This document shows positions 27,853 through 42,596 of a stretch of DNA of 64,000 bases, piece by piece. Origin of the DNA: Eledone cirrhosa. Lineage: Eukaryota. The stretch is from NCBI GenBank assembly GCA_964016885.1, contig OZ024754.1, forward strand, positions 4,960,001 to 5,024,000, written 5' to 3'. The first letter of the stretch is position 1. Each line of letters opens with the position of its first letter. The notes under the pieces are model-generated. The model was not told where the DNA came from, did no database searches, and was given only the letters and a program-made list of their open reading frames with translations. The translations under genes and the position numbers were made by a program.

Positions 27853-28279
27853 GCGTGTATATATATATGTGTGTGTGTTCTTTTCGTCGGTATTGAATAC
27901 TTTAGTCTTAACCTGTTACATTTCAAACAGCCACAAATAGATCGCCTGCCAAAATGTTTTGTGGCGTTTAATAACGGCCCTTTACGTTCTGGGCTCAAAT
28001 TTGATGGAGGTCAACTTAGCCTTTCACCGGGAGTAGATAAAATAAAGGACCAAGAAAGTACTGGGTGTGATATCATCGAATTTCCTCTCCAAACATTGTA
28101 CCTACCTATATATATATATATATATGTGTGTATATAATAATGAAATTATTGGGCCCGGTGCTCAGGTGCACTGCAACTCATCAATGGTGCAAATGTACAA
28201 ATATATATATATATATAGTTATTTATGTCTAATATATTATATATACCATACACCGCCGTTTAAGCCTATTTTGTATGCT

Positions 28280-28335
<56 letters not shown>

Positions 28336-28533
28336 AGAAACTCTCAGGCGAGCTGGACAGCAGGTCTTCAGATAAGAAACCCCACTCTAGCAAGTGTTCC
28401 GCTCCTTAAAAAAAATGGGACCGAAACACTTGCTCTTATATATATATATATGTATAATCAGGGGCAGAATAATCTTGCAAGCTGGCCCCTAGCACTCTTC
28501 ATTCCTTTTACTTTTTCCACGGAAACTTCAACA

Positions 28534-28583
<50 letters not shown>

Positions 28584-28664
28584 TATATACAATATTATGT
28601 TATATGTATATATTACATAGGTATACGCATACACACACACACATATATATATGTGTATATATAA

Positions 28665-28789
28665 GTTTATCCCGAGTTCAATCGGGGGTAACCACAGCAA
28701 GTAAGGTACTCAATACATAGCAGAGTATAAATATTTAATATAGAAATGGCTTCTACAGGACTAGAACTGTTTCATTCGAGAGAAATCAT
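28665..28789 (-). mobile_element. HH-A element with full 3' tail, truncated at ATGA
   Basis: Reverse strand ATGA-tttc-tctc-gaat-GAAA...GTA-gaagccatttctatATTAAA...gtattgagtacc...gattgaactcgggat, in (TA)n. Confidence 0.85.
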
Positions 28790-28846
<57 letters not shown>

Positions 28847-28934
28847 TATATAATGTATGTATGTTGCCTGGTTGGAACTGTTGACATCTCATTCACAATG
28901 TCTTTATATAGTTGTCAAAATCATCATCATCATA

Positions 28935-29123
28935 ATAATAATTGTTTCTACTTTTGGCACAAGGCCAGTAAATCAACCAGTACATTACTGGTACTTTATT
29001 TTATCGACCCCGTACGGATGAAAGGCAAAGTTAACCTCGGCGGGATTTGAACTCAGTTCATAAAGAGCTGTAACTCTATGCTGTAAAGCATGGCGTCCGA
29101 CCTTCTACCGATACTGCCAATTC
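28935..29123 (-). mobile_element. SINE family B
   Basis: Same blocks as 5505-5694. Further copies at about 14790, 18266, 19465, 20525, 35715, 35855, 37668, 38680 and 60104. Confidence 0.85.
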
Positions 29124-29546
29124 ATAATAATGATTTATAATATATTTTCCTAATAATACGTTACGGTGGATAATCGTTTCTTTATTTGCTAGCAAGGCGG
29201 TGGGTGGTGAGGGGATATTACATAAGAAAGATGTATAGCTGAAAAAACATATTTTTCACGCTTATATACATGTGTGTGTATATGACGATAGTATAGTTTT
29301 TGCGTTACATATTATACGTGTGTGTGTGTGTATATACATATATATATATACGTAGATACATTTGTAAATATATATATGTAGATATATATATATATATGTG
29401 TAGGTACATATATATATTTATGTATACATATATATCATATGTATATATATATACACACATGTGTGTATGTATACACGTGTGTATAAATAACTATATATAT
29501 ATGTCCAACCCTTGTTGGCAGGGAGAATGGACTTTAAGTAAAGATG

Positions 29547-29577
<31 letters not shown>

Positions 29578-30206
29578 TCATATAAGAATATGTGTATCAG
29601 TGTATCATGCACATTTATGTATATATGCATGACAAGGCTTAAAGTACATATATGCAAATTACTGTGTGTTAAATGTCCATTTTTATATACTTTCACCCCC
29701 AAAAATAAATATAAAAATTAATAACTAACAATAATAATAATATAGAGAAAAAACTAAAATAAAAAAAATAAAAATGGCCACATATCCTAAAACAAGTTAA
29801 GCTTGGTTCATTTTCTCTGCTCCTTTTCTTCCTTACAATCCTGTCTTTTATTGTCTATGAGCTATTGCCAATTCTGCTTTCCCTCAATTTTCAAACGTCC
29901 CCATCACCACTAACATTTCAACTGAAATATTTTACAAGCCTGCTACTGTCGTAGTAGAATCAGGCTAAAGAATTTTAGATTTTAGAAACTCGTTTGAATA
30001 TTGATTATTTTTTGGCCTAACGCGTGCAGTCTACTATATACGTACGTACATACATACGTATGTATGTATGTACGTATGTATGTATGTATGTGTGTATGTG
30101 TGTGTGTGTGTGTGTATGCATATGAGTGTGTGTGTGTATGTATATGAGAGATGTCACACAACCCTCTTTTAAGATGTTGCTATTAAACGTGTAGTGTGAA
30201 CAACTG

Positions 30207-30247
<41 letters not shown>

Positions 30248-30652
30248 TTCACATATATATGTATATATGATTATTTTTTGGCCTAACGCGTGCGGTCTAC
30301 TGTATATACGTACATATGTATGTAGATATATATGTATATTTGTAGATAGATATATATGTACGTATGTATGTATGTGGATATATATATGTAGGTATGTATG
30401 TAGATATATATGTACGTATGTATGTATGTGGATATATATGTACGTATGTATGTAGATATATATGTACGTATGTATGTATGTATGTAGATATATATGTACG
30501 TATGTATGTAGATATATATGTACGTATGTATGTAGATATATATGTATGTATATTGGAGATGTCACACAACCCTCTTTTAAGATGTTGGTATTAAACGTGT
30601 AGTGTGAACAACTATATATATATATGTGTGTGTGTGTGTTTGTATGTTAGTG

Positions 30653-30690
<38 letters not shown>

Positions 30691-30879
30691 GGATGTGTGT
30701 ATAACTGTGTAATATATGAAGTGTGTGTGTATATATATCTATAAAGGATTCGTATCTTGACCATGTTTTTAATACATATATATAAATGTCAGCTGCACTG
30801 ATCTGTCAGTGTTTTTTCGTTCTCCTCCCCCCCTCTCTCTCTCGCTGTTTGTTAACACACACAATTCCCTCCTCTCTCT

Positions 30880-31900
30880 CTCTTACACACATACACTTAA
30901 ACCTTCACTCTTTTTCACAAACATACACACACGCTCTCTCTCTATCTATTTCACACACCCACATATACACAAACCTTCTCTCTTTTTCACAAACATACAC
31001 ACACGCTCTCTCTCGCTCACACATGTAATCTCTCTCTTTCCCCCTCACACATACAAACACGATCTCTCTCTATTTACCTATCTTTCTCTCTCACACACAT
31101 ACAGACGCGACCTCTCTCTCTATCTATCACACATGCAAACACAATCTCTCTATCTACCTATCTGTCACTCTCTCTCTATCTGCCGATCTGTCACTCTCTC
31201 TCACACATACAAACACAATCTCTCTATCTACCTATCTGTCACTCTCTCTCTATCTGCCTATCTGTCACTCTCTCTCATACACACATACAAACACAACCTC
31301 TCTCTCACACATACAAATACAATCTCTCTATCTACCTATCTGTCACTCTCTCTCTATCTGCCTATCTGTCATTCTCTCTCATACACACATACAAACACGA
31401 CCTCTCTCTCACACATACAAATACAATCTCTCTATCTACCTATCTGTCACTCTCTCTCTATCTGCCTATCTGTCACTCTCTCACACACACACATACAAAC
31501 ACGATCTCTCTCTCTCACACATACAAACACGATCTCTCTCTCTCACACATACAAACACAATCTCTCTATCTACCTATCTGTCACTCTCTCTCTAGCTACC
31601 TATCTGTCACTCTCTCTCACACACACATACAAACACGACCTCTCTCTCTCTCTCTCAAACACATACAAACACGTTCCCTCTCTCTCTCTCTCTCTCTCTC
31701 AAACACATACAAACACGCTCCCTCTCTCTCTATCCTCTCTCTCTCAAACACATACAAACACGTTCCCTCTCTCTCTATCCTCTCCCTCTCTCTCTCTCAA
31801 ACACATACAAACACGCTCCCTCTCTCTCTATCCTCTCCCTCTCTCTCTCAAACACATACAAACACGCTCCCTCTCTCTCTATCCTCTCTCTCTCTCTCTC
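30880..31900. repeat. Complex CT/CA minisatellite
   Basis: Reiterated cacatacaaacac and ctatctgtcactctc units, the source of the spurious 388-aa ORF. Confidence 0.9.
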
Positions 31901-32619
31901 CCCTGTCACACCACACTACCATGTGTAATTCCATTTCCAAGCCAGAAGAAAGTACAAGTCGCTGAATATAGATAATTTTTGTACTTGTTTTTATTTCTAA
32001 AAATTTCATTTTCCTCTCTCCTACTGACCATTTTAGAGAAAGGTGCCAACGTCACGCATTCCTCTCTCTACACCCACACCTCTACATAGAACCTCACGAG
32101 GAAGCTATTAACTGGTCGTTTTAACTTGCTAGAAATAGCTGCCAAATCGACCTTCATCACATCCTGTCGCTTTGGGGAAAAAAAAAGGAAGGACACACAT
32201 TAGATTATGTGTGTGTATATATATATATATATGTGTATGTATGTATGTATGTATGTGTGTGTGTGTGCGTGTGTGTATATATACATGTAGGAAAAGAGTC
32301 AGGACCCCGACGGCTGAGCTCCGGCTGTTTCGACAGCTAGATATATAGTGAGAGAGACAGACTGTGAAAGAAAGGAGGTGGCCACGGCTGGAATGCCTTT
32401 CATCTTGGTCTGGTCGTTTTTAACACGAAACCTTTCACACGCACGCAAACACATATATATATGTAACACACATATATATCTATATGATACATACACACCT
32501 TTCATCAACGGTTTTAAAACCCTTCAATTTTTACATACACCATTTACACATTCTCCCAATGACCTTTTCTTTCTCTCTCTCTTCCTTTTTTGTCCTTTCT
32601 TTCTCACTCTCTTTCTCTT

Positions 32620-32985
32620 CTCCCCCTCGCTGACCTATTCCTCCCTCTTTCTCACTGACCTATTCCTTTCCCTCTCTGCTCTCTCTCTTTCTCACTCTGA
32701 CCTATTCCTTTCCCTCTCTGCTCTCCCTCTTTATCACTGACCTATTCCTCCCTCTCTCTCTCTAGCTGACCTATTCCTCCCTCTCTCGCGGAGTATTCCT
32801 CCCTCTCTCTCGCTGACCTATTCCTCCCTCTCTCTCGCTGACCTATTCCTTCCTCTCTCTCGCGGGCCTATTCCTCCCTCCCTCTCTCTCGCGGGCCTAT
32901 TCCTCCCTCTCTCTCGCTGACCTATTCCTCCCTCTCTCTCTCGCTGGCCTATTCCTTTCTCTCTCCTCTCTCTGACCTATTTCTT
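32620..32985. repeat. ~25-bp pyrimidine-rich minisatellite
   Basis: Unit ctgacctattcctccctctctctcg. Confidence 0.9.
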
Positions 32986-33452
32986 TTCTCTTCTCACTAT
33001 CTCTGTCCGCTATCTACCCTCCCTCTCTTTCTCTCTGGCCTCTTCCTTCCTACCACCCTCCTCTCCCTCTATATCTATCTATCTCTCTCTCTCGGCCCTC
33101 ACCTCATCGCCATATTGTAAATACACATGTATTTCCTGTTTTGCTTTCGTCGTCCCTTCTATTCTCACATTTAAGAAGATGTGTGGGTCGTTTTCCCCCT
33201 CCCTCTATCTCTGTATCTCTTTTCTCTAATATTTACTTCACCTCCTCCTCCCCTTCCTCCTCTCTCTTGGACACAGCATTTGTCCATACACATGTATGCC
33301 TGCTTATATATATATATACACACACATCCATATATATGTGGGTGCGTGTGAATCTATTATGTGTATATGTCTATCTTTACATGTACAAGTGCATGCGTGT
33401 GTGTGTAAGTAGCCATCATAAATATATACATATACACACATGCGTGTCTATG

Positions 33453-33486
<34 letters not shown>

Positions 33487-33513
33487 GACACGTGTGTCGT
33501 TATACGTACGCGT

Positions 33514-33552
<39 letters not shown>

Positions 33553-33654
33553 TATACATACGTGTATCTTTATTTGTATACGTTTGTGTGTGTGTATATA
33601 TATGTGTATGTATATATATCTATCTATATGTGTGTATATATATATATGTGTGTG

Positions 33655-33701
<47 letters not shown>

Positions 33702-35275
33702 GTGTGTATGTATATATATATATCTATATATATATATATGTGTGTGTATGTATATATATTTATAAATTATTCTGTAGTTTGTTACCTTTTTGTTATTATA
33801 TTCCGTATGTTTGTTTTGCTTCGCGGCTTTTAAATTTATCATCCTGCGCCGCCCTCTCTTTCTCCCTCTTATAGACTTACATCTTTCTTTCTTCGTCTTC
33901 TTCATCCCCCTCTCATTACCACTTCTTTCTCTTCTCCCTCCCTCACTACCGTTCTTCGTTTTTCTCCTACTTCTCTTCGCTCTCTGTCAACATATTCTCT
34001 CTATCAAAATATCTGTCTGTCAATTTTCCCTCTATCTCCCCCCCCCCTCTCTCCCTGCCTGACCACGATGGTTTGTCTGTCTAACGTTTTATTTTAATGT
34101 TTGACACTGTTTTCCTGTGTATGTATATACTGCATCTCTCTCTCTCTCTATATATATATATATAGAGAGAGAGAGGGAAGCAGTATATATATATATATAT
34201 ATACTATCATCCCGTGTATGTCTATATATGTGTATGTCCGCTGTTGTTATGATACAATGGCCTCAGTCAGGTCAGGCTGAGCAAGAGACAAGCTTTAAAA
34301 TTTTGGACAAGGTTTGTTTGGTTGTCGTCACCACCCCCACCACCACCATTATCAACAACAGCAGCCACAACTGTAAAGTGCTCTCTTAATAAGGGTAGTT
34401 CTCTGTTGTTTGTATAACCCAAGGTCAGTTCTGACCGAACAGGGCCTATGATTAAATTATATTCTAGTTTGTCCCTTCCCTTCCTCTCTTTTTTAAGGGT
34501 ATCTCGGAATACATTATCCAGTGTTTCTTTTTTTTTTTTTATATTTTCTTCTTCAAGAAGTAAGTAGGGTGTAATTTTGAAGGAGATTTGGTGGCTATTT
34601 AACACCAGACAGACCCAGCTATCACATAGGGGGTACCTTTCTGGGAATGAAATGTTGTTTAACCTCCGAAGTTAGTCCAGATAGAGTAGATTGGTGATTA
34701 AAACGGATTTCGTTTGTGACCATTCCTTCTTTTTATATATATATAGTTAATACTACCATTGTCCACTCACATATTTTGGGTCATTCTCTTTTCTTTTCTA
34801 ATTATTTAAGTCGGTGATTTGGCTGTTGTTGTTTTTTTACAGGTCGAGTAGCTCGAAAATGGGGTTGGTTATATAGATAGGCGAGTACATAGCATTGATA
34901 GTAACAGCGGCAATGGATAGTGGTGTTAGTAGTAGATGATGGTGGTGGTGGTGGTGGTAGCAATGTGTTGCTGTGTTTAACTAGCTTTAGGTCAATACTG
35001 ATGGTACAAATAGATGACCTATGGTCAGACATTGCAGCTACCGCTAGTAATATATATTTATATAGATAGATAGATAGATAGATATATATATAGAGTCTTA
35101 CATTACTTAAAACGATCTACTTTCTTTTGATAGGTTGGAATTTGGGGGTAGATTTAACTGCTGTTTCTAGCAAGGACGAACTATGACAAATATATATATA
35201 TATATATATGTATGTAGAAGTTATATTTATAAATATAGTTTCCATTTGTTAATATATATATATATATATATATAT

Positions 35276-35495
35276 AGGAACCAGTAAGACCCCGACAGCT
35301 GAGCTCAAGCCGTTTCGACGGCTACTTCTGGACTATATATATGTGTGTGTGTGTGTTTATCCCGGCTTCAATCGGGGGTAACCACAGTAACTAAGGTACT
35401 CAATACATAGCAGAGTATAAATATTTAATATAGAAAAGGCTTCCCAGGGCTTCATGATGATTTCTCCCGAATTAAACAGTTCTAGTCCTGTAGAA
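35276..35495. mobile_element. Adjacent HH-B fragment and rearranged HH-A copy
   Basis: HH-B arm at 35276-35334. HH-A tail (minus) at 35355-35443 fused to a plus-strand HHR with core mutations (gggcttc-ATGATGA-tttctcccgaat-TAAA-cagttctagtcctg-TA-gaa). Confidence 0.8.
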
Positions 35496-35522
35496 CACAA
35501 TAATTTCATTATTATTATCATC

Positions 35523-35553
<31 letters not shown>

Positions 35554-36877
35554 CAATGTACTGCAAGCAGTCTAACATTTTTGGAAGTAGTGGCGTGTAT
35601 GTATTTCCTAATACGACAGACATTAAAACTTGCAGGTGGATGATAGCATCTTCGGTTCACCAAGTGCTTCTACCATCGCTCCGTAGCTTTAATGGTTTCT
35701 TTATTCAAGTAGTGATAATGGTTTTTGTGATTTAGGTACAAGGTTAACAATTTGGTGGAGGGTGCAGTCGAATATATCTACCTCAGTGTGTTACTGGTAC
35801 CTTATTTTATCGACACCGTAAAGATGAAAGGCAAAGCTAACCTCGGCGAATAATTATAATGATTTCTAGTATAGGCGCAAGGCCAGTAATTTTTGTGGAG
35901 GGTAGGGGAAAGTCGAATAAATCGACCCCAGCACGTTACTGGTACTTTATTTTATCAACCTCGTAAGGATGAAAGGTAAAGTTGACATCGGCTGAATTTG
36001 AACTTAAAAAGTAAACATTTTGTCCGATGCTCTAACGATTCTGCCAACCAACAACAATAATACTATATTTTCGTCTAAGTACGACGCTAATGTTCTGTGA
36101 GTGGTTGGTTACATTCTGAATAAAATCAGCCATAGTGATTGATCAATTACTGGTATATTTTTATCGATTACTTATATAATAGGATCAATGATGACAATAA
36201 TGATTATTTTGTGACGGCGATCTATTTGTTTTACAAGGTATTTTTAATATGAAATCATGTATTGAAAGAGATATTGTTATATTTAAGAAGAGTCATGTCG
36301 TTCTGATATTACCAGAAAAATATAGTAAAACACACTCAATATTTGGTTTGGTTTTCGCTTCAGTATATCTTCATATTTCTATAAATAATTAAGTTGGCAA
36401 TAATTTTTATTTATTCACAATGAAATGTGAGTGATGATGATTATGTGGCATTCATGCCTTTTACGGTGCAGTAGTAGTAAAAAACTGGAACGGAGCAAAG
36501 CTGTTTTAGTATCATAAATACTAAAATAGTGATGTTTATATATTGATAGGTTTTTTGGTAGAAACAGACAAAATATTATGATCAGCTGTGATCGTATTTC
36601 ACTAATACACACACACTCTCTCTTAACATATATACACACTCTCTCCACACATATATACACACACACACTCTCTTCACATATACACACACACACACTCTCT
36701 CCACACATATATACACACACACTCTCTTAACATATATACACACACACACACACACTCTCTCCACACATATATATACACACACTCTCTTCACATATATACA
36801 CACACACACACTCTCTTCACATATATATACACACACGCACACTCTCTCCACATATATATACACACACACACACTCTC

Positions 36878-36910
<33 letters not shown>

Positions 36911-37049
36911 TCTCCACACATATATACATACACACTCTCTTCACATATACACGTACATACACACACACTCTGTCTCTCTTTCATTCATGTTTTGTACTTC
37001 TCTTTCTCCTTACTATTATTTCATTGATATCCTTTTGTGTAGTCTAGTA

Positions 37050-37080
<31 letters not shown>

Positions 37081-37460
37081 ATATATATGTTATTCCGGGT
37101 TCATTCGAGGGTAACCACAGTAAGTAAAGTACTCAATACATAGCAGAGTATAAATGTGTTAATATATATATAGGGAGAGTGTATGTATATGTAATGTTAA
37201 ATATCTTTTTCTTCCTCATATCCTCTCTCTCTCTCTCATTCTCTCTCACTATAAACAGGAAGACTACGAGAATTGTCGTCTCAGCTGTGAACTGCTTCTC
37301 TTTCTTTTTGTTTATATATGTAGGTGAATCTCTCTCTCTCTATATATATATATATATAGTACGGTGAAATACTGGTGTTGGTACGAAATCAAACACTTTG
37401 CACAGGCAGAGTGTATATAATAGAAAAAATGAGGAAGTTTTGTTTACACACACACACACA

Positions 37461-37498
<38 letters not shown>

Positions 37499-38016
37499 GA
37501 GAGAGAGAGAGAGACTATGTATGTATGTATATGTTCATGTAATATTAACACTGAAAGCCGAGTCAGACGTGTGTGTATGTGTGTTTAGATTTAGTTTTAA
37601 TGCGAGAGGTAAGTGTGTGTATGTGATTGAAAGGCTTATAGACGAGAAGAAAGCGGTGATGAAATAATAATAGTTTCTACTTTAGGCACAAGGCCAGCAA
37701 ATACCCAGTGCATTACTGGTACTTTATTTTATCGACCTCGTAAGGATGAAAGGCAAAGTCAACTTCGGCGGAGATGAAATAATAATATGTGAGAGGACGG
37801 CGCTGAACGAGAAGATAAATAAGATGATCATGTAAAGAGAAGGACAAGACAGTGGAAGGACTATATATAAATATGTGTATAGTGTATATAGAATATAGAT
37901 AGATAGATAGTGTATCAGTAGAAGAGAGAGAGGTTGTGAAAATCTGCAGTTCCAGACCGACCGTCATCAGTAGTATCCAAGGTTTTTAACATATATACAA
38001 CTACATCTCTCACACC

Positions 38017-38058
<42 letters not shown>

Positions 38059-38846
38059 GAATCTGGGGCTTCTAATTAATTATATATACGCTACGATTTT
38101 ATTTGAGTACTCTTGTAAACAGAAATATCCGTGGGTGTATATAATATGTATGTATGTATATTTATATATATATATTGAAAGGGGTGTGTATACATACATA
38201 CACAGGACTATATGCCGATATTGTATATTATAAAAAAAAAGATAACCCCCTGTTACACTGTAATTTCAACAACTACCCCTTGTAGTAATAATATTTGGAG
38301 GGTATTAATATATTATTAATACTAATGATGATGATGCTGAATTTTAACATCTACTCGTGGCAAGAAGCCTCCTTAGATTTTTATGAAGAGGACAACTGTG
38401 AAAGTATAATAGATATCCTCGGCTTCATGTAACGATTTGTTTTCTAATAAAAAGATTTCTAATAATTTCTTGTGTCGGTCCCACATATCTCGGACAAGCT
38501 AAAGAAAAAAGACTGAAAATGTGATGGGGTTTTTTTTCCCTTCTTCGGACGAAAGCTTGTCATAATAAAAGTGTGGTTGCTGGTCGTTTCTTTTAAAAGA
38601 GGAGGAAAAAAAAACACTGGGAAAACTGTGGAATTTGTGGCTTTCATCTATTTCCTTGTAAATGTAGTTGTGTTGTAATAATTGTTTCTACTTTTGGCAC
38701 AAGGCCAGTAATTATCCAGTGTATTACTGGTACTTTATTTTAATATTTTATCGACCCCGTAAGGAGAAGAGGCAGAGTTAACCACGATGTTGTAATAATG
38801 AATGGTCATTTAATTTACGCACCACAAATTCACACGTTTATATATA

Positions 38847-38894
<48 letters not shown>

Positions 38895-39042
38895 CATTCA
38901 GGTTGTCCCAAATATATATATATATATATATATATATGCATATGCATATATGTATAATTTTTTTTTTTCAGAGAGTCCCCAAAAATGTGTACACACTTTG
39001 AGTACAATGCTGTTGAAGTTTGTATACATTTTTGGGACACCT

Positions 39043-39089
<47 letters not shown>

Positions 39090-39935
39090 TGTGCGTGTGT
39101 AACCAACATATGAATACATGTACGTTAGATGTATAGACACGTGTATATATATATGTGTTTATGTAGACCTGTGTATATACTTTTAAATACATGTAATGCG
39201 TTGTATGGATTTATATAGCAATAAACAAAAAAAATGTGTATGTACACACACACACGTGTGTGTGTGTTGTCTATAAACCTATATATATATATAGAGAGAG
39301 AGGTTTGTTGTCTCTGTGTCCATGTGTGTATATTAATGACTCATACGAACGACAAAACACCTGACCCAACTCTAAGGCCCCCAGACAGACATATAATAGT
39401 TATACAGAGGATTTAGCTAGGCAGGTCACGCCTTCAGGGGTTACAAAATGCTTGTGTAATTTCAGATAAGCAAAGGTCATATTCCTGTTAGCCCTGGCAC
39501 GTAACATTTTGGGTCGACAGAGTGAGGGGTACACACACACACACACACACACACGTGTGTATATATATATATATATATATATACATACACACACACACAA
39601 AAACGTGCGTACTATGTACACATATATAGCTATATATATCTGTGCATTATTTTGATGTATGTAGAAATAGATGTGTGTATATGTATGCATGTATCTATCT
39701 CTATATATGTGCGTATCTGTGTATATATATATTATATATATATATATATAGTGTATGAATGTGTGTAGATATATTAATGTGTGTATATGTGTTTATATAT
39801 TGTGTGTATATATGTATATATATGATGTGTGAGTGTGTGTATAATATATATATATACATACGTCGTCTCTCTCTCTATATATATATATATAGTGTATGTA
39901 TATATGCATATGTCAGTGTCTATACATATAGTGTG

Positions 39936-39979
<44 letters not shown>

Positions 39980-39984
39980 GTGTG

Positions 39985-40029
<45 letters not shown>

Positions 40030-40463
40030 TGTGTGTATATATATATACATATAGTGTAGTATGTATTTATATATAAATACATGCATATGTCTGTCTATAT
40101 ATATATATATATAGTGTATGTACGTGTATACATATTAATGTGTGTATAAATGTGTATACATGTATATAAATATGTCTATATATATATGAGAGACGGTCTA
40201 TAGAACCCGGGCCCGAGATGTGACTGTCGTAGAACCACAGTCAGTTCTGTCCTATATATATTGCTTACTTCTTTAAGGCGTGTTTCTGTTATGCAAGCTT
40301 AGATTGCTGACTGCTATTGCTCCATATACTCTCTCTCTCTCTCTCTCTCGCTTCCTACATCGGTTTCTACTATATCTCTCTCTCTCTCGTTCTATATATA
40401 TCTCTCTCTCTCTATCTCTCTCGCTTCCTACATCGGTTTCTACTATATATCTCTCTCTCTCGT

Positions 40464-40528
<65 letters not shown>

Positions 40529-40548
40529 TCCTACAGCGGTTTCTACTA

Positions 40549-40584
<36 letters not shown>

Positions 40585-40959
40585 TACAGCGGTTTCTACT
40601 ATATCTCTCTCTCTCCTATCTCTCTCTTTCTCCTATCTCTCTCTCGTTCTATCTCTCTCTTTCTCCTATCTCTCTCTCGTTCTATCTCTCTCTCTCTCTC
40701 TCCTATCTCTCTCTCTCGTTCTATCTCTCTCTAAAACAGTATATCTCCCTATCCCCCTCTCTTCCCCCTGCCCCCATCTTTCTCCCCCCTCCCCATCTCC
40801 CCCCTCTTCCCCCTTCCCCCTCCACGCCTCTTTAGATATATATGTCATCAACCGACCTTGCCATCTCCTTCCATCATATGTATGTATACACACACATAGA
40901 TGTAGATATATTATGTATGTATGTGTATATGTACACATATTATGTATGTATGTGTATAT

Positions 40960-41023
<64 letters not shown>

Positions 41024-41141
41024 CATCCATTCTTCCATACTGGCATGGGTTCGACCATATACACACATGTGTCTAATCAAAGCATATATAGATTTTTTTG
41101 GGACACCCTGTATATATATATATATATATATGTTTGTTCCT

Positions 41142-41303
41142 TGTTCAATCGAGGGTTACCGCAGTAGGTAAGGTACTCAATACAGCAGAGTATAAATATT
41201 TAGTATAGAAATGGCTTCTACAGGACTAGAACTGTTTCATTCAGAAGAAATCATCAGGAAGCCCTAAATGAAACAGTTCTAGTCTGGTAGAAGCCATTTC
41301 TAT
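41142..41303 (-). mobile_element. HH-A element with complete HHR and inverted arm
   Basis: Long arm 41142-41264 and short inverted arm 41267-41303, flanked by AT-rich microsatellite. Confidence 0.88.
41213..41263 (-). ncRNA. Type I hammerhead ribozyme motif (complete core)
   Basis: GGCTTC-CTGATGA-T-TTC-TTCT-GAA-T-GAAA-CAG-TTCTAGTC-CTG-TA-GAAGCC. Stems I-III all pair; predicted cleavage after GUA. Confidence 0.85.
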
Positions 41304-41664
41304 TATACACATATATACACATATATACACATATACACATATATGAACTGTCTTGTGACAAAGAGGGTGTGTGTGTATGTGTGTGGATAACATGAAGAAC
41401 ACAAGATCTGTGTGAAAATTCTCCTGTCGCTGTTTTAAAATTGTAAATCTGCTGCCAGAAGCAAGGATGCTTACAAAGAAGAAAGCTTATCCCATTCTTT
41501 CTGGAATAAAATAAAAAAAATACGAGATCTTATTTTTAACAAAAGTCTTTCACATATGTGTTGGTGTAGAATCTGTGAAAACTAAATTTCATTTTTTATA
41601 CAATCCAATTGTTAGTTTCAAATATGTATGGGAATTAATGAGTATATATATATGAATGTATATG

Positions 41665-41732
<68 letters not shown>

Positions 41733-42266
41733 CCCCTTGACTTGCTTAAAAATGTCCAATATATATATTTAAATATATTGGACAATTTTAAATAAGTCAG
41801 TATTTATTCCTGCTTTCAAAATGTATGAATTGCTTATGTAGTCATAGTGGTGATATATATATATATATATATATGTATATGTGTGTGTGCATATGTATAT
41901 ATAGAATTTGGCTTTAAAGCCCTGTGTCTTCTGGTTCAGTTCCACAGCATGGCACCTTAGCTTCCTAACATCTCTGTATAGCCTTGGGTTGACCAATACC
42001 ATGTGTGTAATATTTCTTACAAGGAAACTGCTGGGGTTTTGAAACAACATAACAACAAAATAATAATGTAAAATTATGCTGGAAATGTTTCTAGATAGAT
42101 ATAAAACAGTCTAAAAGACACTTTTATATCATAGAATTAGAAGCAGTTTCATGTAGGTTGGTATCAAGTGTGTTAATGTGATAGTGTGATTCTAAGGGAG
42201 ATTTAGCTATTATTTCTGGCCAGCTGGTTAAGCCAGTAGAGGGAGACTTGTTAGTCAAAATATTTC

Positions 42267-42320
<54 letters not shown>

Positions 42321-42324
<4 letters not shown>

Positions 42325-42596
42325 GAAGATTGAAGAATAATATGGTCGGCTGTACAAAAAGGGTTTTATTTCAAGTATTAACAATTGTTTCATTGATCAG
42401 GTGAGTCTAAAGGTCGCTAATCACTCAAATTTGTGTCATTTATTACTCCAAGAATAACCTGCATAGGAATTCTCGTGAACTCGCTACCTAACTATGGAAA
42501 CCGTGTTGAGTCAAAGAAAGCCATACGTTAAAACTATCCACGACACAGAGTACTCACAACTTCTAACTGGATTACCTATAATGATAACTTGTTATC

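Noticed and set aside
37935-37980. HHR-like string on the minus strand (CTGATGA...GGAAC-TGCA-GAT)
   Set aside because: GAAA and NUH are both altered and stem I does not pair.
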